Positions 38,901 through 52,070 of a stretch of 64,000 nt of DNA are shown piece by piece. Source of the DNA: Hemiscyllium ocellatum (lineage: Eukaryota); contig NC_083402.1 of the NCBI RefSeq assembly GCF_020745735.1, positions 20,660,004 through 20,724,003 on the forward strand, written 5' to 3'. The position numbers and the translations under genes are program-made. Position 1 is the first letter of the stretch. Every line of letters begins with the position of its first letter. The notes under the pieces are model-generated. The model saw nothing but the letters and a program-made list of their open reading frames with translations, had not been told where the DNA came from and searched no databases.

Positions 38901-39619
38901 GTTCAAGGGCAATTCAGGATGAGAACAAAGGCAGAAATTGCTGATGGAAGCTTACATTCCAAGAGTGGTTTAAAAAAAGTGCTACTGTATATTCAAAACT
39001 GTGGAAAAGACAGTTTGAGGACTGGCATATTATGATTGGACGTGATTCAAATGTCCAAGGTGCTACAGCATAGATACAAAATTGGCCTGCTACTTTATCT
39101 GAGGAAAAATGCAGCCACCTGCTTCTGGAATTATTTGAGTGTCAGACCTTCTGGTGTAAGTTGAATTAAACTGAACCAGCTGTTCTTCCAGTTTCAATGG
39201 AGCCATAGCTGTAGCTAGAGCTACAGATTTAGATCTAGGTTTATTTAATATTGTCTCTTGCACCTAGGGACAGTGAAAAGTGGATAACGTCGCCCCGTTC
39301 CAGCACCATCTTTGACTGTAGAATGCATTACTGAATAAACTGTACGTATGGTAAAATACTGAATAAATTAACATTAAATTAATATTACTGTAACTGAAAC
39401 AGCTTCAAAAGTTCATGTTTCCCTCCCAGTAGACTTCACCTTCTCTGTTCCTCCAGTTGCTGTCATCTGACATCAAGAGGGTCAAGTATTGTGCTTTTCT
39501 CCTGCCGCCACCAGTGCTGTCGCTTCCACCTCCACCACCTTCCAGTTGGAGACAGTCACACTGCACAAGACCTACAAGTCCTCCAATGCTGGACATCAAC
39601 TGACAGGTCCTCGCTTCAA

Positions 39620-39710
39620 GTTGACCAACAGGACCCTGGTTTGGAGTTGACCAACGAGGTCCTGGTTTGAAGTTGATCAACAGGGCCCTGGTTTGGAGTT
39701 GACCGACTGG
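39620..39710 (+). repeat. 26-bp minisatellite, about 3.5 copies
   Basis: gttgaccaacaggaccctggtttgga units starting at 39620, 39646 and 39672. Confidence 0.85.
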
Positions 39711-39989
39711 CTCCAAGTTGACGGACAGAGTCCTGGCTCGCCTTCCAATGCTGCCACCCTGGATGGAGCCAGGATGGAGATACATAGGACCCTGGCCTCC
39801 CACAGGAGGACATCAGGAGGAGACCCAAAGGCACGCAAAACAAAACAAAGTGTGACTGAGTTACCAAGCTGGAAATACGACAATGAAGCCCAACCCGCTG
39901 CATGAGTCCATGAGCAGCCAAGCTCAGGAACCAAACACCTGTTGTCCCTGCCACCATAATTGTTGGTTTTTACAGCTGAGTCAATTAGG

Positions 39990-40245
39990 TGACACAATGG
40001 CTCAGCAGTTAGGACTGCTACCTCACCATGCCAAGGATCCAGGTTTAATTTCACCCTTGGGCAACTGTCTGTGTGAAATTTGTACATTCTCCCTGTGTCT
40101 GTGTGGGTTTCTTCTCATAGTCCAAAGACGTTAGGTGGATAGGCCATGTGAAGTGCAGGATTACAGGGTCTAGATGAGATGTTCTTCCAAGTATCAATGT
40201 GGACTTGATCGGTCGGTCTGATTCCACACTGTAGGGATTACGATT
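39990..40245 (+). mobile_element. HE1-type SINE (older)
   Basis: Degenerate head, core and tail. Confidence 0.75.
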
Positions 40246-40774
40246 TTGAATACCTAGCTGAGTTTCAGAAGCTTATGAATGAATGAGACCGTTGGGTCGT
40301 TGGATAAGGGGAAATGGTAAAGTAGTAGCAAGCTCACGCAGCTAGTGATCCAGAGGGCTATATTAATGTATTAGGGACATGAGTTCAAATCTCACTCTGG
40401 TAGCTGGTGGAATTTAAATTCAGTTAACCAAATCTGGAATGGTGACCCAAGAAACTATTACTTATTGGTTTTGTCTCTTTAGGAAATTAAATCTGCAATG
40501 TTTACTGCTATGTCCAGACTCACAGTAAAATGGTCGATACTTAACTGCCCTAGCAAGTCATTCGGGTAAAGGGTAATTAGGATGGACAGAAACTCCATGA
40601 TTGGTAAGGTTAATGTTTGATTGGCAATTTTCTGAGGTTATTGAAGGATTATCTTCAGTATGGTTTCTAAATGGATGTTTGATGGCCCCATCACTATTGC
40701 ATTCATCCTGAGGTCTGTTGACTGGGTGCATCACTATGCAAATACATAGGACTTGTGGAGTCATAGAGTTGAAG

Positions 40775-41400
40775 AGTCACAGAGATGTACAGCATGGAGA
40801 CAGACCCTTTGGTCTAACTTATCCATGCCAGCTAGATATCCTAACCTAATCTAGTCCCATTTGCCAGCATTTGACCCATAATCCCTCAAAAGGCAAAAGT
40901 GAGGACTGCAGATGCTGGAGATCAGAGTCAAGATTGGAGTGGTGCTGGAAAAGCACAACGGGTCAGGCAGCATCTGAGGAGCAGGAAAATCAACGTTTCG
41001 GGCAAAAGCACTTCACTGAGAAGGAACATTCCTGATGAAGGGCGTTTGCCTAAAATGTCAATTTCCAACTCCTCGGATGCTGCCTGACCTGCTGTGTTTT
41101 TCCAGCACCACTCTAATCTTGACCTATATCCCTCTAAACCCTTCCTATTCATATACCCATCCAAATGCCTTTTAAATGCTGTAATTGTACCAGCCTCCAC
41201 CACTTCCTCTGGCAGCTCATTCCACATACGCACCACCCTCTGCATGAAAAAGCTTCCCCTTAGATCCCTTTTAAATCTTTCCCCTCTCACCCTAAACCTA
41301 TGCCCTCCAGCTCTGGACTCGCCTAACCCAAAACAAAGACCTTCTCTATTTACCCTATCCATGCCACTCATGATTTTATAAACCTCTATCGGGTCACCCG
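40775..41400 (-). mobile_element. CR1 3' fragment
   Basis: MDRVNREGL...WNELPEEVVEAGT. Confidence 0.88.
40888..41120. mobile_element. Fold-back PLE terminus inserted into a CR1 3' fragment
   Basis: Inverted arms. Imperfect TSD ttgacccataatccctc / ttgacctatatccctc. Confidence 0.85.
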
Positions 41401-42527
41401 AGGGCCCATGTGCAATTTGATAAGGCCCAGGGACAAGAGGGGGAAAATGAACAGGGGTTAGGAGTTAGGAAAGGTCTTGGCAAATGTAAGGCAGTCACGG
41501 TGGGTTATGTGTTCTATGCCAGAGCATGGACTGGTTATGAGGTTGAGGAGGTGAGAGTTGGGACAATCTCCAGAGAACAGTACCAAGCTTTGGATGCTCT
41601 GGCATCTACCAGTGCTGACAGTGGCTCAGACCTGGTATGAAGTGAGCAGACCTGGAGCATTCCAGGTCAGATTTGGTTGGAATGAAAATCTGACAGTTTT
41701 GAGAAGAGGTGACCAGTCCAGTCCGCAGAAGTCATGAACTGGCTTAAGTTGTAATTCTTGAACACACCTCAAATCTTTAGTCCTTTGGTTCAAAAACAGT
41801 GCTCTGACAGTAGCAAATAAGCAACATGAGTATAGGAGAATGATATCCTTTCCCTTTCTGTGAGAGGCCTCTAATAGCATTCTGGATATCCACCTCTTGC
41901 TAAAATTGATAGCTCAGTGATTTGAGACAGCATAGCCACAAACTTATATTCTACTATATAATGCTATGATCTGGACACATCAAATATTTTCTTTATCGCT
42001 CTGACAGGGGAGGTGATGGCCTCAGGGCAGTATCACTGAACTGTTAATCCGGAGGCCCAGGTAAAGTTCTGGAGACCCAGGTTCGAATTCCACCACAGCA
42101 TGATGGAATTTGAATTCATTAAAAATCTGGAAGGAAAAAGTCCAATGATGACCATGAAGCCATTGTCAGGGATAAAACCGAGAGTCAACACGTTGTTGTA
42201 GGTCTGCCGTTACATGTAGGCCTGACCAGGTAAGGATGGTAGATTTCATTCTCCAAAGGATATTAGTGAAACAATTACCATTCATGCTCACTGGCCTACA
42301 TTGTCTTCTGATTCTAAGTTGAACATCTTTGTTTCCAAATTCTGGAATGACCTAATGCCTTCTTCATTCTGTGACCTCCTCCAGCCTCACAAATGTGAAA
42401 GCTATCTGCATTTCTCTAATTATGACCTCTCTGCTGTCCATTACTCATCTTTGGCCAAAGTCAGGGAAAGCCATGGCCTCGATACCAAATTCTCTGCATC
42501 TCTTCCTCCTTGAAGGCAGTCCAAGGT

Positions 42528-42846
42528 TTAGATTAGATTACTTACAGTGTGGAAACAGGCCCTTCGGCCCAACAAGTCCACACCGACCCACCGAAGTGCA
42601 ACCCACCCAGACCCATTCCCTCACATTTACCCCTTCACCTAACACTACGGGCAATTTAGCATGGCCAATTCACCTAACCTGCACATTTTTGGACTGTGGG
42701 AGGAAACTGGAGCACCCAGAGGAAACCCACACAGACACGGGAGAATGTGCAAACTCCACACAGTCAGTCGCCTGAGGTGGGAATTGAACCCGGATCTCTG
42801 GCACTGTGAGGGAGCAGTGCTAACCACTGTGCCACCGTGCTGCCCA
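42528..42846 (-). mobile_element. Full-length HE1-type SINE (young)
   Basis: Complete head (gggcagcacggtggcacagtggttagc), core and (TTAGA)n tail. Confidence 0.92.
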
Positions 42847-44131
42847 TATTGTAGTCGTCAATTGTAAGATTTCCTTATGTGGCCGAGTAACAAATGGTGT
42901 TTGATAATGCTCCTATGAAGTGCCCTGAAACAGTTTTTCTATGTTAAATCACTACGTAGTTGCAAGTTGTTGTTTATGGAGACTATCTTATTTTCATTTA
43001 TTGTGAATCGGCTCAGTACAGTTTAACTTCCAATTAAGAGCAAAGTTATCCATGCCCAGATTCGTGATTGATGTCTACAATCTGCATAGCAGATATGGCA
43101 CAGCGTCTGACATTCACTTCCTCCTGTTGGCAACTGCCTGCCCTGTGCTTGACACCTTCTCCTCGTGACATACAGCACTGAGCTAGCACTTCAGATTCTG
43201 AGAATTCTTGGTGTGAACTCCTACTTTACCACATTATAGTGCAGTGGTTTCAACACCAACATGTTCTCCTGTTTAGTTCTTTTTTTTTAACTATAGCATA
43301 TAGTTTGAATACTACACAAGTTCCTTATAATTTACTGAGGGATCATATGAACTCAGAATCTTACTCTTGTATAATAAATATTCACCATAATAGAGGCCAA
43401 AACATGTCCCAATAAAAATGAATGGATGAGTATGAGTTCTCATGCATTCACTAGGCAGACTGGTCTCCCTCAGTGCCAGATTGATGTTACTTTTCATATC
43501 AATTCTTTGAAGTGAATGAAGGGAAGTACAATTCTAATGAAAAGGAAGAATGTCTGGGCTTGAATTTCAAAGGGAAAAACTCCCATAAACATCCCACAAT
43601 TATTATGGTTGCATCACGCTCTATTTTCAAGAGGTTTCCTTGTAATGACTGGAACTAATTGACTCATACAAGGTAAAGATTTCAAGGGGTGTGGCCAAAG
43701 GCTGAGATCCCCTACTCTGGGCTTTGCTGTCTGTTTGCTTCAGTCAGAAACAGTTGAAGCTGATTATGAGTTGAGTTGTGCTTCTAAAAGGGCAAAAGTG
43801 GATCCCAGCAGAAGAAGCAAGGATAAAGTCCTTTTGGGACTCATGGATGACAGTGCGTAGGCTGGAGCGAAGACAAAAAGACAGTTGGAGGCAACCTTTC
43901 TTTCCCGACTCACGCTTAGATTGGCTTGGAAGTTTCCAGCTATCAAGAGCATCATGGGCACTGGACTTGCAGCTAAATTAGTATTTGCATCTCCCTATCT
44001 GAGATATCACCTTTCTGACCCTGAGAATTGCAATCAACACCATAAGTTTTTTTATCGATCCATTGCAATTTATTCACCAAGAAAAGGAATTGAGCATGCA
44101 ATGAATTCATGAAAAGCAATATATAAATGAA

Positions 44132-44256
44132 TTGGAGGTGCCATGTTGGATTGGGGTGTACCAAGTTAAAAATCACACAACACCAGATTATAAACCTAGT
44201 GTGCTTCCAATTAAACCTGTTGGACTATAACCTGGTGTTTTGTGATTTTTAACTTT
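44132..44256. mobile_element. Short fold-back terminus of the second PLE family
   Basis: aaaatcacacaacaccag...ctggtgttttgtgattttt. TSD tatataaatgaa at 44120-44131 and 44256-44267. Confidence 0.8.
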
Positions 44257-44817
44257 ATATAAATGAAAGTACTTTCATCCTTTGGTTTTCCCTTGTCTGG
44301 TCAAAGCCATCTTTCCTTTCTCACTTTGTGTTTGTATCTTTACCTTTGTTTTCAGCAGAAGTCCCATTATGTTATGTTGGCTGTTAAATAGTTCTCCCTG
44401 CTCTTTCCCCTTTATCTCAGCGATTCCTTTCTCCTTCCGGTATCTCTGTGTATCACTTTCATACTCACTGTTATTTATTGTTGAATCTGTTTCCATCTCC
44501 CTTCAGCTGGAGCATTCAGTTCTAGAATAGGGCTTCTTTTCTTAGCACATTATTCTCCTCATTTCATTGGACTAAAATGAATTGATCTTCAGCAAACTTA
44601 ATTTGGTAAAATTCTTCTACTCTTGCACTCATACTTACCCAATACGTAATGTTCTTCCTCTGATTCAGAGGCTAGAAGCTTCCATCAGTGTCACCCAGCA
44701 ACTAGAAGGTACAATGGTCTCAGTCCAGTGACGGCTATCCCTCAGCTTCTTCCCTTCCCCCTGCACTGAGACTCCTTGCGTCTGTCCAGTTCTTCTCCCA
44801 AGACAACATAGTTGTAG

Positions 44818-45295
44818 ATTCATAGTGTTGTACAGCATGGAAACAGATCCTTCAGTCCAACTCATCCATGCCAACCAGATATCCTAAATTAATCCCATTT
44901 GTCAACATTTGGTCCATATTCCTCTAAACTCATCCTATTCATATACCCATCCAGGTGCTTTTTAAGTGTTGTAATTGTACCAGCCTCCACCACTTCTTCT
45001 TACAGCTCATTCCATACACGCACCACCCTCTGCATGACAAATTTTCCCCTTAGGCCCCCTTTTATATCTTTTCCCTCTCACCTAAACCTATGCCCACTAG
45101 TTCTGGACTCCCCTACCTTGGGGAAAAAAACCTTGGCTATTCACCCTAGCCATGTACCTAATGATTTTTTAAACCTCAAAAGGGTCACCCCTCAGCCAAT
45201 GATATTCCAGGGAAAACAGCCCCATCTGATTCACTGTATATCCTCTCACTGTAGCTCAAACCCTCCAACCCTGGCAACATACTTGTAGACTTCTT
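44818..45295 (-). mobile_element. CR1 3' fragment
   Basis: Same family as 490-915. Confidence 0.85.
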
Positions 45296-46984
45296 GAAAA
45301 AAGTGTAATAGGGTAGGAAGGCGCAGGGTTCAAATCTCTGTTCCCCATTATTGTACTTTTCTGAATGAAAAACTTTCATGTTGAGGTTTGGTGAAAATTG
45401 CTGCTCGTTTGAGGGAAAAAAAACACCTGCTAAGTTCAGCGGCATAATGTTTAGAGAATACTCAAATCGCTCTCTAGGATTGCAGTAAATGAGACTATAA
45501 TATCCAGTTAAGTCTACCAAACATTTGAGCAGCTGTTATAATGGACTTAAAGCAGAGTGATCTGAAGACAACATTATTGAGAATGACCCAATAATACAAA
45601 CAGCTGCTCTGCTTGTGTACCTATGATTCAGGTTGATCGCCTATAGAAAATTATTTTTCAATATCTAAAGCCTTTTTCCTTTTTGATTTCTAAAGTGAAA
45701 AAAACTTGGCACAGAACATCCCCGAACGTTGATGGATTGAAACTCTTGTGGGAACCCCTTATTGCAAATGGCTCTCGGGTTCGAAATTCAGTTTGGTGAC
45801 TGTCATCCCTCAGCTCTTGTAATGTTCTTCCTTTTTACCCTAGGTTTTGTTCTAAAAGTTGAATATAAGCAATAAAGCAGAATATTTCTGCTGTTAAATC
45901 ACACAATGTATGGGATGAACTCACTTGGGGCATGCATGTTAAGATGACAGCTGCTTTTTCTTAAATTTACTGTTGATAAAGAGCAGTAACATAAGTCAAG
46001 ATAATAAATGTGTTTCCACCAAGTCTATTTCTTTTCCCCATGGCTCACTTCTAATGAGTGAGCACAGCAGTTCATGGAGGCACTAGCCTAAATGATTTAT
46101 CAAAAGATTCAATTGCATCATAAAATTCAGCATCACATTAAGCAAAACATGGGTGTATACATTTTAAGTAGAGTGATTCCAACATTTATTACCCCATATT
46201 ATTAGCTATCATGAGCCAAAATGGCAGCTATGTATTTGTTGCTATCATATTCTTCCCTTGTGTAATTCTCCTCTTCTTATGCATCAAAAAAGACCTTACA
46301 CTGAACACAGGACAGAGTACAGCCAGTCTTTCACCCCAAGGCAAATGAGCAATTAGGAAGACAGAAGTTGGATGCCAAATTTAGACTAAAGACCTCATAT
46401 CTGGAGCACAGAGCAAGAGAGAAAGAAACAACAGCCAGACCATTAATTGACGGCCAGCATTCACTAGTATGAAGGGGCTGGTGACGGTAACCCAGAATAA
46501 AGCTCCTGAGCTGGACATTCATTAAACAACAAACATTCCTTTGCCAAATGCTTTTGTTTCTTCTCAAGAGCCCCAGCATTTTCACATTTTTTTTGTTTTT
46601 CTAAACAAATCACATCTTCAAATTGGAGACAGAAATCTGTCCAGAAAAATGTAATCACTGGGAGAAAATAAATGATATGGAAAAGGTGATGTAGAGATTT
46701 AGAGAAAATGTTTTTCTAACAGGGTAATTTGAAATATGTATACAGGTATATGACTACTCCTGTCTACAATTTATCTCTTTGTAAATTCACTTTACTGATC
46801 TAAAAAATAGGAAAATAGAAATTCTTTTTCATTTGAATTTAGACACTCATGATGTGCTAAGATAGTCATAAGAAAGCATGAATTAGATTACAGCTAACAA
46901 AGACAGTTCAAATACAATCCACCCAGCGCAAATATTTCAAGCATTTTAAAATCAGAATTCTTACAACCATAAATCTGCATAATA

Positions 46985-47090
46985 AAGAGACACAAACATA
47001 CACACACGTACATACACATATGTAGGAACATACATGCATGCACACACATACACATCCGCACATGTGATACAAATGCACACAATTCACAGA
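46985..47090. repeat. Degenerate (CA)/(TACA) microsatellite
   Basis: cacacacgtacatacacata... Confidence 0.75.
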
Positions 47091-47246
47091 CATTTAAGCA
47101 GTTTGTGAAAGAAACAGAGAACAGACTAACTCACAGCTTCCAACTAATAACACATTTAGCTTACAAATTTACCATGCATCTTAGCCAGATAAGAGGAACA
47201 GGAAAACAAAAATCATGCTTTTTGAAGTGTTTGTTTTAATCAATAC

Positions 47247-47283
47247 CTTTCTGTGTTTGCCCTTCTTCCATATTCTCTTCCAT
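47247..47283 (-). CDS. gpm6a: First coding exon of neuronal membrane glycoprotein M6-a (shark DM-beta), partial CDS
   Basis: Minus strand reads ATG GAA GAG AAT ATG GAA GAA GGG CAA ACA CAG AAA G|gtattg = MEENMEEGQTQK-G, matching the vertebrate GPM6A N-terminus (MEENMEEGQTQKGCFECC) as I recall it. It has a phase-1 GT donor and lies in a TE-free island. Too short for the ORF track. Confidence 0.95.
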
Positions 47284-47340
47284 TGCTGTCTGCTGTCAGT
47301 CCGAGATGCTGCACAGAATTAAACAAAAGCTTCAATTAGG
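47284..47340 (-). other. gpm6a: gpm6a proximal 5'UTR containing a candidate 3' splice site 25 nt upstream of the ATG
   Basis: Minus strand: cCTAATtgaagcttttgtttaattctgtgCAG|catctcggactgacagcagacagcaATG. Branch-like CTAAT at 47335-47339, a U-rich tract, and AG at 47309-47310. Confidence 0.55.
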
Positions 47341-48273
47341 AGCTTAGGAAGCGAGAGAGAGAAAAAAAATTTCCTCTGGATCTTCCTTGTATCTGTGGCT
47401 TGGGCAAGTCCTCAGAGCTTGGCTCCTACTCTCTCTCACTCCCCTCCTTTGCCTCGAGATTGCTTGTCAAGTGTAATTTCATTCAAATTACTCTTCCGTG
47501 AAGATTATCAATTTTTCTCCTGAATACTGCCCATTGTGTACCACTGTAAGCATATATTGAGATGACTGAGCTTGCTGAATACAGACACAACTTTGAATTG
47601 TGCTTTCCTCTTCAGAATGATTTCAACAAATTGTGTTTTGTGCAGAATTTTGGTGACTTAGACGATGAGGAGGCTTTTTAGCATGGAGCATTTCTGGAAG
47701 GGGTGTGCCATTAACATGAGAAAAGACCACCAACCCATCTCCCCCTCTTTCCACAGTGGGAAAGCCCGATTGCCTGTGGGCTTTTGTGCTGATCATTCTT
47801 ACCCAGAGAAATATAGGGATTGTGTGCGTGTGTATGTTTATGTATGTGTGTGTGCCTGTTTTTCTACAAAAAGAAAGGAACGCAAACTTGTAAAAGGAAA
47901 GTGTTTAGCTTGATCTGTTTGAAATTTGATAGCCATTGCTGGTGTCAAGTAATCCAGATCTCCATTGACAAGCTTATAAACCTCTCTAAATTGAACATCA
48001 TTAGTCTGTCGACACCATTACTGAATTTGAATAACTATTGCCTATTGCCAGTCAGGTTGCAGAGATAACTCCATGTGCTTGGAGCATCTGTTAAAAATGC
48101 ACATAAGCTGCTTTTCCTTGCTGATTAGAACATTCTAATGGTACCTTGTAACACCAAAACTGGGTACATACATTACACCTCGATTAAATAACCACCTGCA
48201 TATAGGTAGCATTTTACCCCACAACAGCAAATGAATTCTGCTACATATCTGCGGGTTGTTTTGGAAAAATATA

Positions 48274-48475
48274 ATGCAAATTTCACCACAGGGTGCCCAG
48301 TCATTTGGGGAGCATTCTGTAGTGTGCATTCAAATGCAAATGACAGGGTATAATTTGGAAATAGATTCGCAATTTTACACTTTCGCCCAGAGTAATGGTG
48401 AGATGATAGATTGCGAATAAAATCAGTACCTTTGAGTCGAAAGAATGATCATTTTGTTTCTGTGCAATGACGTCA
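48274..48475. promoter_or_regulatory. Candidate upstream regulatory module of gpm6a (two octamers plus a CRE)
   Basis: ATGCAAAT at 48274-48281 and 48334-48341, and TGACGTCA at 48468-48475, about 1.0-1.2 kb upstream of the ATG in TE-free sequence. Confidence 0.35.
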
Positions 48476-48830
48476 ATGCTGCAGAGGGTGTGGGTTTCAA
48501 ACACTCCTTATATAATCAGTATTACAAGGTTAAAAATAATACACGCAAAGGGTGGCCATCTGAAGAATTTGTTTGTTAGTAAGGGAGAGCCACAGTTAAT
48601 TATTTCAAATGTTTTCATGGTGGTATCCCTTTACAAATGTTGATACCCATAGTAGCACATATCCTTATCCCCACTACATTCTCAAAAATGTTTAATGTCG
48701 GCCACATGTAAGTGAAGGTTGTGCTGTAGGAAATACAGCTCTATGTGTGTGCAGTATCTAAACCTAAATGGTAACTCATCAACAGTCATGTGATACCACA
48801 ACAACCAGTGGTAGAAGATCTGATGGTTGT

Positions 48831-49011
48831 AGGAGAAAGTGAGGATTGCAGATGTTGGAGATCCGAGTCGAAAAGTGTAGCTCTGGAAAAGCACAGCAGG
48901 TCAGGCAGCATCCGAGGAGAACGAGAATCAACACTGATGTCAACATGTTCATTCTCCTGCTCCTCAAATGCTGCCTGACCTGCTCTGCTTTTCCAGCACC
49001 ACAGCTTTCAG
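48831..49011. mobile_element. Fold-back PLE terminus
   Basis: Inverted arms. TSD tctgatggttgt at 48819-48830 and 49012-49023. Confidence 0.85.
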
Positions 49012-49244
49012 TCTGATGGTTGTGACTGCATTCCAGTTCATGTCCCAAGTAGAATCCTTCCCCAATCCCAGGCTTTTTGCCAAACCATATTGGAAGCCTA
49101 AGGTCAGATGAATGCAAACTTCAAAACAATAATGCATGAGTAATACATGATCAAACTGACTGATCTGGATAAAGTATTCAGATTAGTATTTTCACAGTTT
49201 TACACAGAAAGAAAGCCTAATTCTGTCAGTAATTTGGTACAGCA

Positions 49245-49865
49245 CTCAAAGGACCAAGAAATGACTTCCAGACTACTCAGACCCCTTGGCATCATGGTAG
49301 CCCACAAACCTACCAACACACATAAACAGTGACTGATGAACCTAAAGGATCCATTAGGTACCACCAGCAAAATTAACATCATTTACAAGATACCATGCAA
49401 GAACTGTAAAAAAAACTACATTGGACAAACTAGCAGGAAACTTGCCACCAGGCTACATGAACACCAACTGGCCACCAAAAGACATGACCCACCCTCACTA
49501 GATTTTATACATACAGACAAAGATGGGCATCACTTTGACTGGGACAACACACACATCCAAGGACAGGTGAAACAAAACATGTACAATAATTCTTAGAGGC
49601 GTGGCATTCTAACCAGAACTCCATCAAAAAACACATTGATTTAGACCCTATCTACCTTCCCTTGAAAAAAAGAACTGGAAATGATGTCACCCACCTTAAG
49701 AAACCAAGATCTATAAATAAAGAGGCAGGACATATCACTAGCACTTCACCAGAGACTCTCACTGATGATGTTACTGACTATGGTGACGAAACATCTGAAA
49801 ATAAACCGTCAAGCTCAGCGAGCTAATTTACATACTTATCATCAACCTCCGCTTGAAATCTTCTC
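49245..49865 (+). mobile_element. Penelope/Poseidon-type PLE 3' fragment (GIY-YIG plus terminus with hammerhead)
   Basis: LRPLGIMVAHKPT, NIIYKIPCKNCKKNYIGQTSRKLATRLHEH, HFDWDN, LEAWHS. Confidence 0.9.
49759..49798 (+). ncRNA. Minimal hammerhead ribozyme motif of the Poseidon-type PLE
   Basis: TCA-CTGATGA-T-GTTAC-tgactatg-GTGAC-GAAA-CATC-TGA (CATC is probably a CpG-decayed CGTC). Confidence 0.7.
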
Positions 49866-49929
49866 AAAAATCATTAACCATCAACAAGTCTCAGTTCGCC
49901 AAAATTATTGTAACATTAAGTAATTGAGA

Positions 49930-50245
49930 ATGGGGAGGCAGTGGCTTATTAGTCTTGTCACTGGGTTGTTAATCCAATGACCCAGGAAATGTTCTGGGTT
50001 TGAATTCTGCCACCGCAGATGGTGGAATCTGAATTCACTAAAAATCTGGAATTAAGAGTCTACTGATTCCATTACCAATCATCAGGAAAAACATCCAACT
50101 CATTCACTAATATGCTTCAGGAAGAGAAACTACCATCCTTACCTAGTCTGATCTACATGTGACTCCAGATCCACAACGGTATGGTTGAGTCTTAACTGTC
50201 CTGTGAGCAATAAGTATTGGCCCAGCCAGTGACCCTCATCCCAAT
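49930..50245 (+). mobile_element. Second tRNA-like SINE family (other copies at about 38760-38965, 40340-40590, 42010-42170 and 51320-51510)
   Basis: Shared ggtggaatttgaattc...aaatctggaat...ttcactaa...cttacctggtct...gactcttaactg body across the copies. Confidence 0.7.
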
Positions 50246-50713
50246 AACCATAACTCAAGAAGACCTTCTTCAGTAATTGAATAGTTGATAAATTTGGGCT
50301 ATTGTTAATCTGACATTGAAATACTTTTGGATTTAACTTAAAGCATTTAAACTAAATCAGAAATTTAAATATTGTATTATATAGTGTCTCTCAGCAGATG
50401 TGCATTTTACCTTTAAGTTAGAATCATTACCATACTTTGGAAGAATCTAATACCATAAAACTGTTAGTCTCCATTTTCCTGCACCTTGACATGCTGAGGG
50501 AAGCATGCTACAGTCTATCTGACCTGCTTAGTTTGAGCCCAGAGATGCAAATACCTGTGAAAGTAATGGACATATGTAGATACCAGGAACTGTCATTAAA
50601 AGTATATTGTGTTCTTCATTACCACATGCCCCGCGTCTTCTCCTTATGGGAGCTAAAGTAAGTATCACAGACCAATAATGGGAGACCATCAATATATTTC
50701 ACCACATCAAGTC

Positions 50714-50840
50714 CTGAAGAAGGGCTTATGCCCGAAACATCGATTCTCTTGCTCCTCGGATGCTGCCTGGCCTGCTGTGTTTTTCCAGCACCACATTTTT
50801 CAACTCTGGTCTCCAGCATCTGCAGTCCTCACTTTCTCCT
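50714..50840 (+). mobile_element. Solo PLE terminus
   Basis: ctgaagaagggcttatgcccgaaac... TSD accacatcaagtc at 50701-50713 and 50841-50853. Confidence 0.85.
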
Positions 50841-51659
50841 ACCACATCAAGTCTTTCTGCCACCTTGCATTATGAATTATACTAGGTATTTTCAGTGTGT
50901 GCAGTCTATACTGCAAAATCTATCAAAATTTTGATTGTATCTTTTTTTCATTATATATGCTGACACCATAGGGTTTACGCCTTATGGGAGATAGCAGATG
51001 AGAAAAAGCAATGGGGGCAATGATCCCAATTACTTCCAGCAGAGCATAGTCCTTGTTCAAACAGTCAGGAAAGTGAGCTGTCAGCAGAATGGGTAGTTCA
51101 TGATGTTAATCAGTGTCAAACCTTTTCTTTTAAGTACACAACCTGCCATTTTAGACTTTAAGCGTCTGTCCATACTTTATGTGAACTACTCCTAACTGAA
51201 CATATATTGAACAGCTCAAGGGAACCTCCATCTGTGACTTCCACTCAAATTTCAATTGCAATCATTTTGATTTTCTTTTGTTGCTGCAGATTTAGTGGCA
51301 GAAATGTGGTCATATTACTGAATTAGTGTCCAGAAGCCTAAGGTAATGCTTAAGTGACAGAGGTTCAAATCCCCTTTCAGGAATATGATGAATTATAATG
51401 CTCAACTCAGTAATTGTGACCATGATGGCTATTAATGATTGTTGTAAAAATCCAACTGATTCACTGACGACTTTCAGATGAAGAACTCCACCAGCCTTGG
51501 CCAGTCTGGTAGAGAGTGCTGTAGCTGGTTCTTTACTACCCTTTGAAATATGCCCAATGGTGCAGGGTACCATCAGCACATTGCTCTGTTGCTGCCCATC
51601 ACACTGAAGGCAACACCTGTGCATGCAGCTTTAGTGTTGTATCTAAAAAAAGATAAACT

Positions 51660-52070
51660 TGCAGATTGACGGACCGTTCTATGAGGAGAGATTGATTTGT
51701 AAGACCTGTATTCACTCGAGTTTAGAGGAATAAAAGAGGATCTGATTGAACTGTATAAAATTCTAAGAGGCCTGAACAGACTGGACGCAAGGATGATGTT
51801 TTCCTCGTCAGGGAATCTAGAACCTGGGGACACAGTCTCAGGATAGAAGGCTGTCCATTTCAGACTGAGAGTTTTTTCACTCAAAGGGTACTGAACATTT
51901 GGAATTCTCTACCACAGAAGGTTATGGAGACCAGGTCACTGCATAGATTCAAGAAAGAGAGGAAGCAGGAATATGACATTGAGATCAAGGATCAGCCATG
52001 ATCATTCGAATGGCAGGAGCAAGCGCATCGGGCTAAATGGCCTACTCCTGCCCCTTCATCCTATGTTTCT
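51660..52070 (+). mobile_element. Older CR1 3' fragment
   Basis: YEERL..LYSLEFRG..DLIELYKIL plus 3'UTR. Confidence 0.8.

Larger units (their letters stand above)
1..47246 (-). other. gpm6a: gpm6a intron following the ATG exon (partial; continues beyond the window start)
   Basis: GT donor at 47245-47246. I saw no sequence encoding exon 2 (GCFECCIKCLGG...) downstream in the window. Confidence 0.8.

Noticed and set aside
39620-39710. Possible CRISPR-like array
   Set aside because: Eukaryotic DNA with contiguous tandem units and no spacers.
44638-44810. Strong minus-strand donor TGG|GTAAGT 2.6 kb into the intron
   Set aside because: No in-frame ATG for a phase-1 junction; single strong donors arise by chance.
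490-45295. Apparent excess of CR1 fragments in gpm6a sense orientation
   Set aside because: Too few copies, and older plus-strand fragments exist; not testable by eye.
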